From positions 2,224 to 66,223 of the forward strand of contig CAYQZE010000108.1 of assembly GCA_964421985.1 (NCBI GenBank): a stretch of 64,000 nt of DNA, read 5' to 3'. Numbering within the stretch: position 1 is the stretch's first letter; the number at the start of each line of letters is the position of its first letter. This DNA is from an uncultured Dehalococcoidia bacterium. GTDB lineage: Bacteria; Chloroflexota; Dehalococcoidia; DSTF01; JACRBR01. A program made the position numbers and the translations under genes. The notes beneath the pieces are model-generated. The model was not told the DNA's origin. It did not search any database and worked only from the letters and a program-made list of their open reading frames with translations. Below, piece after piece: positions 26,786-35,600 of this stretch.

Positions 26786-27184
26786 ATGGGCAATGCACAG
26801 CGCGCTCGGCGAGCGGTCTACGCACTGGTGATCCTGGCGCTGACAGTGCGCGCTTTGCGCGCCTTGGGCGCCCCACCGGTCTCCCGCTACGTTGTCGAAG
26901 GGTCGAGCATGGAGCCGTCGTTCCGCGCCGGTGACCGCGTGCTGGTGAATCGGCGGGCCTTCCGGTCGCGACCCCCGCGCGCGGGCGAAGTCGTGGTGCT
27001 GCGCGATCCGCAGCGTGACGGTCACGTCCTGATCAAGCGCGTCGGCGACGTTCCCACAGGTGACGAAGCGGCGCCGCACGCCGTGTACGTACTGGGCGAC
27101 AACGCGAGCGAGAGCCGGGACTCGCGCGCATTCGGTGCCGTCGCGGCGGATCAGATCATCGGCCGAGCGTGGCTGAAGTACTGA
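26786..27184 (+). CDS. sodX: S26 signal-peptidase-like Ni-SOD maturation protease
   Basis: S26 motifs are present (GSSMEPSF, LIKRV, GDNASESRDSR). It lies directly downstream of sodN. Confidence 0.85.
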   Translation: MGNAQRARRAVYALVILALTVRALRALGAPPVSRYVVEGSSMEPSFRAGDRVLVNRRAFRSRPPRAGEVVVLRDPQRDGHVLIKRVGDVPTGDEAAPHAVYVLGDNASESRDSRAFGAVAADQIIGRAWLKY

Positions 27185-27205
27185 GGACGGAGGGCCAACG
27201 CGCCC

Positions 27206-28591
27206 GTGAGCCGGCCGAACATACTCCTCATCGTCGCCGATGACATGGGCTACGGCGACTTCGCCGCCTTCAACGGCGGGTTGTCGCAGACGCCCGCGCT
27301 CGACGCGCTGATCGATCACAGCGTGTGCTTGACGCAGCACTACTCGGCCTCGCCAGTGTGCGCGCCAGCCCGCGCATCGCTGCTCACCGGGCGCTATCCG
27401 CATCGCACGGGCGCGATCGACACGTTGGAGATGCGCGGCCTCGATCGCCTCGCACTGCGAGAGCGCACCATCGCCGACTACCTCCACGCCGCCGGCTACG
27501 CCACCGGGCTTGTCGGCAAGTGGCACAACGGCGCGCTGGACCCGCGCTACCACCCGAACCAGCGCGGCTTCGACGAGTTCGCAGGCTTCTCCGGCGGATG
27601 GTCGCCCTACATCGACTATCGCCTCGACCGTAACGGCAGCGTGACGAAGAGCGACGGGCGTTACATGACGGACGTGTTGACCGATGAGGCCGTCCATTTC
27701 GTCGAGCGTCATCATCGTGAGCCGTTCTTTCTGATGCTCGCGTACAGTGCCCCGCACTATCCGTTCCACGCATTGGCGGACGACCTCGCGCCGTTTCGCG
27801 ACACAGGCGCTTTCACGCCTGCCGTCAGCAACATCTACGGCATGATCCGCAGCATGGACCGCGGCGTGGGACGCGTCCTGGACGCGCTCGATGGCCTCGG
27901 CCTCGCCGACAACACGATCGTGCTGTTCACGAGCGACAACGGGCCGCAGTTCACCGGCTCGGGCGACGCGGATTCGCGACGGTTCAACTGCGGGTTCGCG
28001 GGCGCCAAGCTGCTGGTGTACGAGGGCGGCATCCGCGTGCCGATGATCGTCCGCTGGCCCGCCAGGATCGCGGGAGCAAGGCAGCTCGACAACATCGTGC
28101 ACTTCACCGACTGGCTGCCGACGCTACTCACCGCTGCGGGCCTCGAGCGCCCGCGCGATCTGCAACTGGATGGCATCGACGTGCTACCCCTGCTGCTCGG
28201 TGAGCGGAGCGCGGCACCGCCGCCGCGGTTCTGGCAGTGGAATCGATACACACCGGTCGCGGAGTGCAACGCCGCAATGCGCGACGGACGCTGGAAGCTG
28301 GTGCTGCCGGCAGTCGACGAACTGCTGCGCGTGACACCGGCGGACCTGCAGATCGACGTGCTGTCCAAAGTGCAGCCGCACCAGCACACATCGCTCACGC
28401 GCACCCCCGAGCCTGAGCGCATCGCGACCACACCACCGGCTGCGCAGCTCTTCGACGTCGCCGCGGATCCGTCGGAGGTGAACGATCTCGCCGCGGCCGA
28501 GCCGGTGCGCACGCGGCGCATGCAAGCGGAGCTGGCAGCGTGGTTCGAAGCCGTCGACGAGGAGCGGCGTTCGATCGACGACGTGCCGTAG
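27206..28591 (+). CDS. arylsulfatase (formylglycine-dependent sulfatase family)
   Basis: PNILLIVADDMGYGD and the CxPxR motif SPVCAPARASLLTGR. Confidence 0.9.
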   Translation: MSRPNILLIVADDMGYGDFAAFNGGLSQTPALDALIDHSVCLTQHYSASPVCAPARASLLTGRYPHRTGAIDTLEMRGLDRLALRERTIADYLHAAGYATGLVGKWHNGALDPRYHPNQRGFDEFAGFSGGWSPYIDYRLDRNGSVTKSDGRYMTDVLTDEAVHFVERHHREPFFLMLAYSAPHYPFHALADDLAPFRDTGAFTPAVSNIYGMIRSMDRGVGRVLDALDGLGLADNTIVLFTSDNGPQFTGSGDADSRRFNCGFAGAKLLVYEGGIRVPMIVRWPARIAGARQLDNIVHFTDWLPTLLTAAGLERPRDLQLDGIDVLPLLLGERSAAPPPRFWQWNRYTPVAECNAAMRDGRWKLVLPAVDELLRVTPADLQIDVLSKVQPHQHTSLTRTPEPERIATTPPAAQLFDVAADPSEVNDLAAAEPVRTRRMQAELAAWFEAVDEERRSIDDVP

Positions 28592-28674
28592 GGCGCGTCC
28601 GACGACTCGCTCGCAGTGGCGACGCACTTGTGATCGTGATGCGCCGCAGCGTGATCCCTTGCCGTCGCACGCCA

Positions 28675-28890
28675 CTAGCGACGGCCCCGCCAGCGCTGCA
28701 CCGCGACGCCGGACCAGATAAGCTCGACGACGCCAAACGGCCACGCGCCCTGCAGGAATCCGTAACCGGACGACGCGAGACATGCCGCGGCGAGCGCCAG
28801 CACGAAAAAGCGGGCGCGCGCTTCTAGCGCGTAGAAGACGAGCATCGCACCGACGGCGATCACGCCGTAGAACGTGAGCGCGTCCGTCAC
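28675..28890 (-). CDS. small hydrophobic membrane protein (about 71 aa)
   Basis: The GTG at 28890 forms a GTGA overlap with the upstream gene's stop. There are 2-3 predicted TM segments (FYGVIAVGAMLVFYAL, FFVLALAAACLASSGYGFL). Confidence 0.55.
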   Translation of the reverse strand: MTDALTFYGVIAVGAMLVFYALEARARFFVLALAAACLASSGYGFLQGAWPFGVVELIWSGVAVQRWRGRR

Positions 28891-29216
28891 GTCTGTCGAA
28901 AGAGTTGCTCGATGCCATCGAGCTGCACGGGCGAGGCCGTGATCGTGAGGACGAGGGGAGCTCGCTGCACGTCGAAGCCGAGGCCCGAGCAACAGATGCG
29001 CTCCGCCGCCGCGAACGCGTCTACGTCAGCAACGGCTTCGGCGGCGAAGCTGATCTTCAGCGTCGCGCCGGCGCGCGTCATCCCGAGGATATGGGGCACC
29101 AGCGCTGCGGGCATGGGCGCGTCCTGCGGACGTGCGGCGATGCCACACGCAACGAGTTCGATCAGTTCGCCGATCGCGATTGGCTTCTTCACGTGCTGAT
29201 TCCTCCTCGTCTCCAT
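28887..29216 (-). CDS. hypothetical protein with a vicinal Cys-Cys pair, co-operonic with arsC
   Basis: 109 aa, 7 nt downstream of arsC, containing ERICCSGLGF and a further Cys24. I recognised no family. Confidence 0.55.
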   Translation of the reverse strand: METRRNQHVKKPIAIGELIELVACGIAARPQDAPMPAALVPHILGMTRAGATLKISFAAEAVADVDAFAAAERICCSGLGFDVQRAPLVLTITASPVQLDGIEQLFRQT

Positions 29217-29223
29217 GCTGGGG

Positions 29224-29667
29224 TCAAGGGGCGGCGCACGCCGCGGCCCGCTTCGCGGCTGCGACGAATGTGCTGAGACGCGTCTCCATCTCTCCCAGCG
29301 TGAGCTGAAACGCGCGCAGCTTGTCCTCGTCGGAGCCTCTCACTGCAGCGGGATCGACGACGCTCCAGTGGGTGCGTTCGGGGGTGCCCGGAAACACCGG
29401 ACACTCCGCGGCGGCGGTGTCGCAGACGGTGATGACGTAGTCGAAGTGCTGGCCAGCGTACTCCCCGACGTCCTTCGAGCGTTCGCCGGACAGGTCGATC
29501 CCCAGCGGTGCCAGCACGCGCACGGTGTACGGATTGATCCCCTTCGGATGGGTACCGGCGCTGCACACGTCGAATGCGTCACCGCCCATTCGCCAGAGCA
29601 GCGCCGCGCCGATGATGCTGCGCGCCGAATTACCGGTGCAGAGAAACAACACGCGTATCTTGCTCAT
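29224..29667 (-). CDS. arsC: arsenate reductase, LMW-PTP (thioredoxin-coupled) type
   Basis: P-loop VLFLCTGNSARS (CxxNxxRS), plus downstream Cys residues and DYVITVCD. Uses the internal ATG at 29667. Confidence 0.9.
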   Translation of the reverse strand: MSKIRVLFLCTGNSARSIIGAALLWRMGGDAFDVCSAGTHPKGINPYTVRVLAPLGIDLSGERSKDVGEYAGQHFDYVITVCDTAAAECPVFPGTPERTHWSVVDPAAVRGSDEDKLRAFQLTLGEMETRLSTFVAAAKRAAACAAP

Positions 29668-29704
29668 GCGTGGCCTCCCGCGACGCCTTCCCAACGGACG
29701 TTCA

Positions 29705-29983
29705 TCACAGGGCGATCACATTCTGCTTCAGCCAGAGCAGCGCCTCGCGGTTGAGGCAATACCCGGAGCGCGGCGTCGGACCGCACTGGCGGATCAGTCC
29801 GGCTTCCTTGAGGACGCGCAGATGCTCCGACACGGTGGACTGAGCGAGGTCGATATGCCTGCTAAGGTTCATGCAGTTCGCATCTCCCTCTGCCATCGTG
29901 CGAATGATGCCAACGCGCGCCGGATGACCGAGCGCTCGGAGCATCGTCGCGAGCCTATCTGTGTCCAATGCGGGAGCGATCAT
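29705..29983 (-). CDS. arsR: ArsR/SmtB family metalloregulator
   Basis: LRALGHPARVGIIRTM...LAQSTVSEHLRVLKEAGLI. Confidence 0.9.
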   Translation of the reverse strand: MIAPALDTDRLATMLRALGHPARVGIIRTMAEGDANCMNLSRHIDLAQSTVSEHLRVLKEAGLIRQCGPTPRSGYCLNREALLWLKQNVIAL

Positions 29984-30030
29984 TCCATCGTCATCTTACG
30001 ATGGTGCACAGCAGTTCGCAAGGCGCCTGG

Positions 30031-30462
30031 TTAGCTCGCGGTCGGCTGCGACTGGCAGTAGGCGTAGAGCGCATCATAGACGGGGAGTTCTGCCAGCAAT
30101 TGCTCGTGGTCGTCCGCGTAGACTGCCTGGAAGCCGGCGGCGATCGCCTCCAGCCCTCGCGACTCAGCGGTCAAGTCTTTGGCGGAGGTGTCCGCGCCAC
30201 GCACAATCAACGCCATTCGCTCCAGGGCCGCGCCACCCAGCCCGTACTTCCTCATGACGGCGTCGAAGGTGCATTCCGGCCCGACGTGGCCCAACTCAAC
30301 GTTCGGGACGTCGTATGGGATCGCTCCGTCGCGCTCGACGACAGCCATCACATCGGCCGCCGCGACGTACAAGAACTCGGCCTCCGGGTCCACGAACTTG
30401 CGGATCAGCCAGGGACACGCAACCCGGTCGACCTTTGGATTCGCTCGTGTGACCCACTTCAT
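30031..30462 (-). CDS. ChrB C-terminal-domain-like (chromate resistance) protein
   Basis: MKWVTRANPKVDRVACPWLIRKFVDPEAEFLYV resembles the short ChrB-domain family. Uses the internal ATG at 30462. Confidence 0.7.
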   Translation of the reverse strand: MKWVTRANPKVDRVACPWLIRKFVDPEAEFLYVAAADVMAVVERDGAIPYDVPNVELGHVGPECTFDAVMRKYGLGGAALERMALIVRGADTSAKDLTAESRGLEAIAAGFQAVYADDHEQLLAELPVYDALYAYCQSQPTAS

Positions 30463-30567
30463 CGCGCAGTCCTCCGGACTCTCGTGCAACCTAGTCTAAC
30501 CGCTCACGACCGTACAGCAATACGCCAGGCGAGACGGGCGGCGATCGAGTTGGCCGGTGGATCCGGA

Positions 30568-31905
30568 CTATCCCGCCAATGCGGACACCGCCGCGGGAGC
30601 CGCCGGCGCGGCAGCGATCGCGTCCGCTACCTCCATCGCCGCCGACAGCGTGATCAGCGTCAGGTCGTGCGGGATGTCGCGCGCATCGCCGGCGAAAAAG
30701 AGATTATCGACCGCGGCGGCGCGCAGCGGCACCATATGCGTGCGATTCTCCGGCGTCTGCCGCGCGGCGACGACGCGCGCGGCCGGCAGCGTACGCTCCA
30801 CCACGGTCGCGTCGCGCCAGCCGGCGAAGTGCAGGTCGAGGCCGGTCACCAACTCCTCCTTGCGCCCGGCGAGCAGAGCGTCATCCGCAGCCTCCTCCGG
30901 CGAGAGATACGCCATGGCGTGCAGGAGTTGGCCGGCTGCCGGCGCCAGGTCGGGCGTGGTGAACGAGTGCACGCTGTAGTAGAGATCCCGCTCAATGTCG
31001 AAGATGAGCGCGAGGTCGTCTCGCACCTTGCGGTCGAACCCCAGATCCATGCAGAGTGCCCGCACATCGATCAGGCCCTGCCACTGCTCCATCTCCGCGC
31101 GCAGCGGCGAACCCTCCGGTGCGACGGCGGGCGCGTCCTGCGGCGGCAGCGTGCAGACGAAGGCATCAGCTGCGTATCGCGCGCCTGACGAGACGGCCGC
31201 TGTGATGCGGCCATCCACGATCTCCAGCCGGTCGATGCGTTCGCCCGTGATCAGCGCGCCGCCGTTCGACTCGAGCTCTTCGATGAAGACGTCGTACATC
31301 GAACGCCAGCCGCCGCACATGTAGCCGACGTAGTCCCTGGCGAAGAGCGTGCGCTTGAAGTGCGCGAGCAACCACGCCGCGTCGAGATCGGCAGCAGGCC
31401 GCGTGTACGTATTCACGGTGCCGAGCGCCATCGCGAAGCGGCGCACGGCGGCCTCGCCGGTGTGTTCGTCGACCCACCGGCGCCACGTCGTGCCCGGCGC
31501 GACGTTCTCCGGCTTCGCCGACCTGATGGCGAGCATGATCTTGACGACCTGGAGGCGCTCGCCAAGCGAGAAGAGCCTCGTCGTCAGTACCTGGTGCGGT
31601 TTCGAGCCGATGGAGGCGAGACGATCGCCATCCGCCCAGTACGCGAACGTGTTATCGACGTAGTTGCATTTCGGCGACGACCGGCCCAGGCGGCGCATCA
31701 CCTCCGCCAGTTCGCCGGACTCGGGCAGATACATGGCGTGCGGGCCGTAGTTGAGGGTGAACCCTTTCTCCTCGTACGTATAGGCACGGCCGCCCGGCTG
31801 GTTGCCCTTCTCGATCACCGTCACGCGCTTGCCTTGCTTCGCCAGCAAGGCGCCCGTGCTGAGGCCGGCGATGCCGCCGCCGATGATCACAACGTCGCTC
31901 TTCAT
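30568..31905 (-). CDS. FAD-dependent oxidoreductase (phytoene desaturase/amine oxidase superfamily)
   Basis: Dinucleotide-binding motif VVIIGGGIAGLSTGALLAKQGKRVTVIEK. Its ATGA start overlaps the sigma gene stop. Confidence 0.85.
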   Translation of the reverse strand: MKSDVVIIGGGIAGLSTGALLAKQGKRVTVIEKGNQPGGRAYTYEEKGFTLNYGPHAMYLPESGELAEVMRRLGRSSPKCNYVDNTFAYWADGDRLASIGSKPHQVLTTRLFSLGERLQVVKIMLAIRSAKPENVAPGTTWRRWVDEHTGEAAVRRFAMALGTVNTYTRPAADLDAAWLLAHFKRTLFARDYVGYMCGGWRSMYDVFIEELESNGGALITGERIDRLEIVDGRITAAVSSGARYAADAFVCTLPPQDAPAVAPEGSPLRAEMEQWQGLIDVRALCMDLGFDRKVRDDLALIFDIERDLYYSVHSFTTPDLAPAAGQLLHAMAYLSPEEAADDALLAGRKEELVTGLDLHFAGWRDATVVERTLPAARVVAARQTPENRTHMVPLRAAAVDNLFFAGDARDIPHDLTLITLSAAMEVADAIAAAPAAPAAVSALAG

Positions 31906-32933
31906 CGTCCACGTCCCTTCTTGCCGAAGATCGCTCCGGCTATTACATCGACCGGTTCCCTGTCGTAGCTGTCGTCCATCATCGCGCGCGTGAAATCGCT
32001 GTACTCGCTGCCCGGCGTGCCCGGATCGAGCGCGGTATTCCCGTGCGCGCGGACGAACCGCACCGTGCGCTTCATCGCCCGGTACGAGGCCGCGCAGCCG
32101 TCGCAGGACGCGAGGTGCAGCTCGACGCCAGCCCGCGCGGCATGCGGGAGTTCATCCGCCAGCAGATCGGAGAACAGCTCATCGATCTGGTCGCACGTGA
32201 AGGCCCCCGACGTGGTAGCGGCCGGCGCGGATGAACGTGTCGCTGCGGTCAACGGAGTGACCGCTCCGGGTGCGGCCGTTCGCGTCTGCTTGTGCTGGAT
32301 GCGGGCGGCGACGATGCAGCCGTCGCACTCGTTCTGGTCATCGACGAGCTGGCAGCGCGTCTCGTACACGTCGGTCATCTTCTTCCGCGCGCGGTGCAGC
32401 TCGGTCTTCAGTGAGGCGACGGAGGCGCCGATGGACTTCGCGGCTTCCTCCCGCGAGAGCCCCATCTGGTCGCACAGCACAATCGCCGCCCGCTGCTTCT
32501 CCGGCAGCGACATGGTGATGCAGTTGACGCACGTAGCGGCTACCTCTTTGACCTCGGCGGCTCTCTCGGGCGAGAGATAGAGGTTCTGCTCCATCTGCTT
32601 GGCAAGCTCGCCATTTTCGCGGAACCATTGCCAGCGCTTGTCCAGGTCCCAGGGCTTCTTGCCGCGCCTGCTGTCGAGGCACGTGTTCGTGGCGATGCGG
32701 AACAGCCATGTCGAAAGCGAGGAGCGCAACTCGAAGTCGGCGATCTTCGTGTACGCCTTGAGCAGCGTCTCCTGGACGAGATCTTCGGACTCTTCGTGCG
32801 AACCCGTCATCTTGAAGCAGAGGCGCTGGAGGGCTTGCCGGTGCTCCTCGGCGAGCAGGCCGAACGCGTCTTTGTCGCCGGCGCGAGCGCGCTCCAGGAG
32901 TGCGACTGCCGTGTCCCGGCTCCGGTCATCCAC
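31902..32933 (-). CDS. ECF-type sigma-70 family factor with Cys-rich inserts and a fused C-terminal ZAS (zf-HC2 anti-sigma-like) domain
   Basis: Sigma-2 region (DLVQETLLKAY...STWLFRIATN) and sigma-4 region (LPEKQRAAIVL...SLKTELHRARKKM) are present. C-terminal residues 247-280 give C-x25-H-x3-C-x2-C (FTCDQI...HLASCDGC). GTG start. Confidence 0.85.
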   Translation of the reverse strand: MDDRSRDTAVALLERARAGDKDAFGLLAEEHRQALQRLCFKMTGSHEESEDLVQETLLKAYTKIADFELRSSLSTWLFRIATNTCLDSRRGKKPWDLDKRWQWFRENGELAKQMEQNLYLSPERAAEVKEVAATCVNCITMSLPEKQRAAIVLCDQMGLSREEAAKSIGASVASLKTELHRARKKMTDVYETRCQLVDDQNECDGCIVAARIQHKQTRTAAPGAVTPLTAATRSSAPAATTSGAFTCDQIDELFSDLLADELPHAARAGVELHLASCDGCAASYRAMKRTVRFVRAHGNTALDPGTPGSEYSDFTRAMMDDSYDREPVDVIAGAIFGKKGRGR

Positions 32934-33076
32934 GCCATTCCCCTTTCACTGAGTTAGACGCGCGCAGGCACGGAAAGGTTACATCGGGTCGTCAGTCGTC
33001 GGTCGTCAGTCGTTGGGGACCGGTTCTCTGGGGGCACTTGACGGATGGAGGGGCGAATGGCCAGGGGCTCGCCTCG

Positions 33077-34390
33077 CTAGAAGCCGTATACGCGCGTGGC
33101 CTCGGCGCGCAATTCGGCGCGGAAGTCCGGATGCGCGATGGCGATCAATTCCTCGACGCGCCGACGAAGCGTAGCGCCTTTGATCCGCGCGATGCCGTAT
33201 TCGGTGACGATGATGTCGGCGTAGCCGCGAGGCACCGTGACGGCGCTTCCCTGAGGGAACATCGCCACGATGCGCGAGCGCCGTTCGCCGGCGACCGGGG
33301 ATGCGGGCGGCAGCACGGTGACGCTGCGCCCACCCGTCGCGTGCAGCGCGCCGATGGCGAACGCGAACGCGCCGCCCGTGCCGCTGTAGATCTCCGGGCC
33401 GATCGTTTCGCCATTGATCTGGCCGGTGAGGTCGACGAGCAGCGCGTTGTTGATGACGCACATATTGTCGTGCGCGGCGATCACCTGAATGTCGTTCGTA
33501 TGGCTCATCGTGTACAGCTCATAGCGAGGGTCGCCGTCGACCTGCGCGAATTCGTCCGCCGATAGCGGCCCGAAGGACGCACCGACGATCTTGCCCGCGT
33601 GCACGGTCTTTCGCGCGCCGGTGATCACACCCTGCTCCACCAGCGCCGGGATGCCACCGAAGATCAACTCTGTATGCACGCCGAGATCGTGCTTCTCGGA
33701 CAAGAACGGCGCCATCGCGGCGGACACTGTGCCGGTGCCCAGTTGAAACGTGTCGCCGTCGCGCACGATCTCGCTTGCCACCAGGGAACAGATGACTGCC
33801 GCCAGTTCGTCCTCCTCGGCCGTGCGAGGCGGCCGCTGAAGGAACTTCCAGATGTGCGCCGGCACCACCAGCTTCTCGATGGCGGAGACGTGGATGCGGT
33901 TGTTGCCGCCGGTGCGGATGAAGCGCTCGTTCACTTCGGCGATGACGTGTGCCGCCTCCGAGGCGACCTCCGGCGCGCCCCATACGCTCATCCCAAAACT
34001 GCACCAGCCGTCGGCGTCCGGCGGCGAGACGCTGGTGAGGAAGACGTCCGGCTTGCGGCTTAGCCAGTAACTTTCGTCAGCCCGCGTGGGCGGCGCGATC
34101 ACGTAGTCCAGCAATCCCTGCCGCATAGCCGGGCGGTCGATCGATTGCAGGAAGAACGAACGAACGTTGAAGCCGTTCGAAGCGTCGTCCTTCCACCAGG
34201 ACGCGAACGTAGCGATGGAGTTCTCGATCTCGACGTCGCGGAGTTCGCCCGCACGCGCGGCCAGCGCCCGGCACAGGCTCACGGGCGTCTGGTAGTGCAT
34301 ACCGATAACGACCCGGTCGCCGTCGCGGACCACCCGCACGGCATCCTCAGGCGTCGTCAGCTTGTCGGCGTACCGCTCGCGCCAGTCCAT
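33077..34390 (-). CDS. acetyl-CoA hydrolase/transferase family protein (4-hydroxybutyrate CoA-transferase-like)
   Basis: Uses the internal ATG at 34390, preceded by GAGGAG. The family pattern is present, including INGETIGPEIYSGTGG. Confidence 0.9.
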   Translation of the reverse strand: MDWRERYADKLTTPEDAVRVVRDGDRVVIGMHYQTPVSLCRALAARAGELRDVEIENSIATFASWWKDDASNGFNVRSFFLQSIDRPAMRQGLLDYVIAPPTRADESYWLSRKPDVFLTSVSPPDADGWCSFGMSVWGAPEVASEAAHVIAEVNERFIRTGGNNRIHVSAIEKLVVPAHIWKFLQRPPRTAEEDELAAVICSLVASEIVRDGDTFQLGTGTVSAAMAPFLSEKHDLGVHTELIFGGIPALVEQGVITGARKTVHAGKIVGASFGPLSADEFAQVDGDPRYELYTMSHTNDIQVIAAHDNMCVINNALLVDLTGQINGETIGPEIYSGTGGAFAFAIGALHATGGRSVTVLPPASPVAGERRSRIVAMFPQGSAVTVPRGYADIIVTEYGIARIKGATLRRRVEELIAIAHPDFRAELRAEATRVYGF

Positions 34391-34463
34391 CACGTTCTCC
34401 TCGAACCGACGTGAGGCTATCATGCGGAGGATCCGCGAGCGAGCAGCGAAGGAGGGAATCCGC

Positions 34464-35546
34464 ATGACCCCCGTCACGCATCCCGCACCAGATCCGGAGC
34501 GGTTGAGGCAGAAGGTCGGCTTGATCGCCGGCTTGATGACCGGCGCGCACGTGGCCGCCATGATCGCGCTCGGCCTGCGCCTTGGGCTGTATCAGCGGCT
34601 CGCGGGGGTAGGGGCGATCACCAGCATCGACCTCGCGCAGCTCTCCGGTCTGCACGAACGCTGGCTGCGCGAGTGGCTGCGCGGGCAGGCCTCGGCGGGG
34701 ATCCTGGAGTACCGCGGCGACGAACATTTTGAGCTGTCGCCCGAGGTAGCCGCGTTACTCGCGGACGCCGACAACATGCGGTACCTGGGCGGGGCCTTCG
34801 CCGCCCTCCCTCACCGCATGCGAACCGTGGAAGAGCTGCCCGAGGCGTTCCGCACCGGCATCGGCTTCACGTGGGACGACCGCGGCGCCGAGGGGGCATC
34901 CTTCTCGGAGCACCAGCTTCGTAACTGGTTCCGCGAGATACTCGTGCCGGTCGCCCTACCCCAACTCGGCGGCCTGGTGCAGCGGCTGACCGAAGGCGCG
35001 AAGGTTGCGGACATCGGCTGCGGCGCCGGCCTGGCGATCCTGCAGATGGCGCGGGCGTTCCCAAGGTCCGACTTCCACGGGTACGAGATCTCCGCGCATG
35101 CGCTGGCGCGTGCTGCCGAGCACCTCTCCGCCGCCGGCCTCACGAACGCGGCGTTCCACAACGCCGCCACCGATCCGCTCCCGGCGGACGCCTCGTTCGA
35201 CTTGATCACGACGTTCGATTGCCTGCACGACATGACGCACCCGGAAGACGTCGCGCGCGCGATCCGTGCGGCAATCAAGCCGGACGGCGTGTGGTTCATC
35301 GCCGACATCGCCGTCGCGCCTACCTTCGAAGAGCAACTCAAGAGCCCGCAGACACCGATGCTCTACGCGATGTCCGTGCTCGGCTGCATGTCGTCGTCGC
35401 TCTCCGAACCGGGCGGCGCCGGCCTCGGCACCCTCGGCCTGCCGGAGCCCGCGATGCGCAAGCTCGTCGAATCCGCCGGCTTCACGCGCTTCCGTCGCGT
35501 CGACCTCCCGCATCCGATCAACGCCTTCTACGAGGCGCGGCCCTAA
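34464..35546 (+). CDS. class I SAM-dependent methyltransferase, Rv2258c-like (N-terminal winged helix)
   Basis: Uses the internal ATG at 34464, preceded by GAAGGAGGG. Has the SAM motif VADIGCGAG and an N-terminal dimerisation/wHTH-like region (ERWLREWLRGQASAGILEY). Confidence 0.85.
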   Translation: MTPVTHPAPDPERLRQKVGLIAGLMTGAHVAAMIALGLRLGLYQRLAGVGAITSIDLAQLSGLHERWLREWLRGQASAGILEYRGDEHFELSPEVAALLADADNMRYLGGAFAALPHRMRTVEELPEAFRTGIGFTWDDRGAEGASFSEHQLRNWFREILVPVALPQLGGLVQRLTEGAKVADIGCGAGLAILQMARAFPRSDFHGYEISAHALARAAEHLSAAGLTNAAFHNAATDPLPADASFDLITTFDCLHDMTHPEDVARAIRAAIKPDGVWFIADIAVAPTFEEQLKSPQTPMLYAMSVLGCMSSSLSEPGGAGLGTLGLPEPAMRKLVESAGFTRFRRVDLPHPINAFYEARP

Positions 35547-35550
35547 CAGA

Positions 35551-35576
35551 AAGGACGCCCGCAATCGGGCGTCCTT
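35551..35576. terminator. GC-rich hairpin between the convergent methyltransferase genes (putative bidirectional terminator, no U-tract)
   Basis: An 11-bp perfect stem (AAGGACGCCCG / CGGGCGTCCTT) with a 4-nt loop. Confidence 0.5.
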
Positions 35577-35600
35577 CTCGATCCGGGGCGCGCCGCCCTG

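Noticed and set aside
26627-28102. 491-aa minus-strand ORF antisense to sodX and the arylsulfatase
   Set aside because: It is a shadow ORF. The plus-strand genes carry diagnostic catalytic motifs (S26 motifs, CxPxR) and this ORF has none.
33021-33028. Single copy of the microsatellite unit (CGGTTCTC) near the sigma promoter region
   Set aside because: An 8-mer is expected by chance about once or twice in this window, so there is no evidence of a link to the 9391 array.
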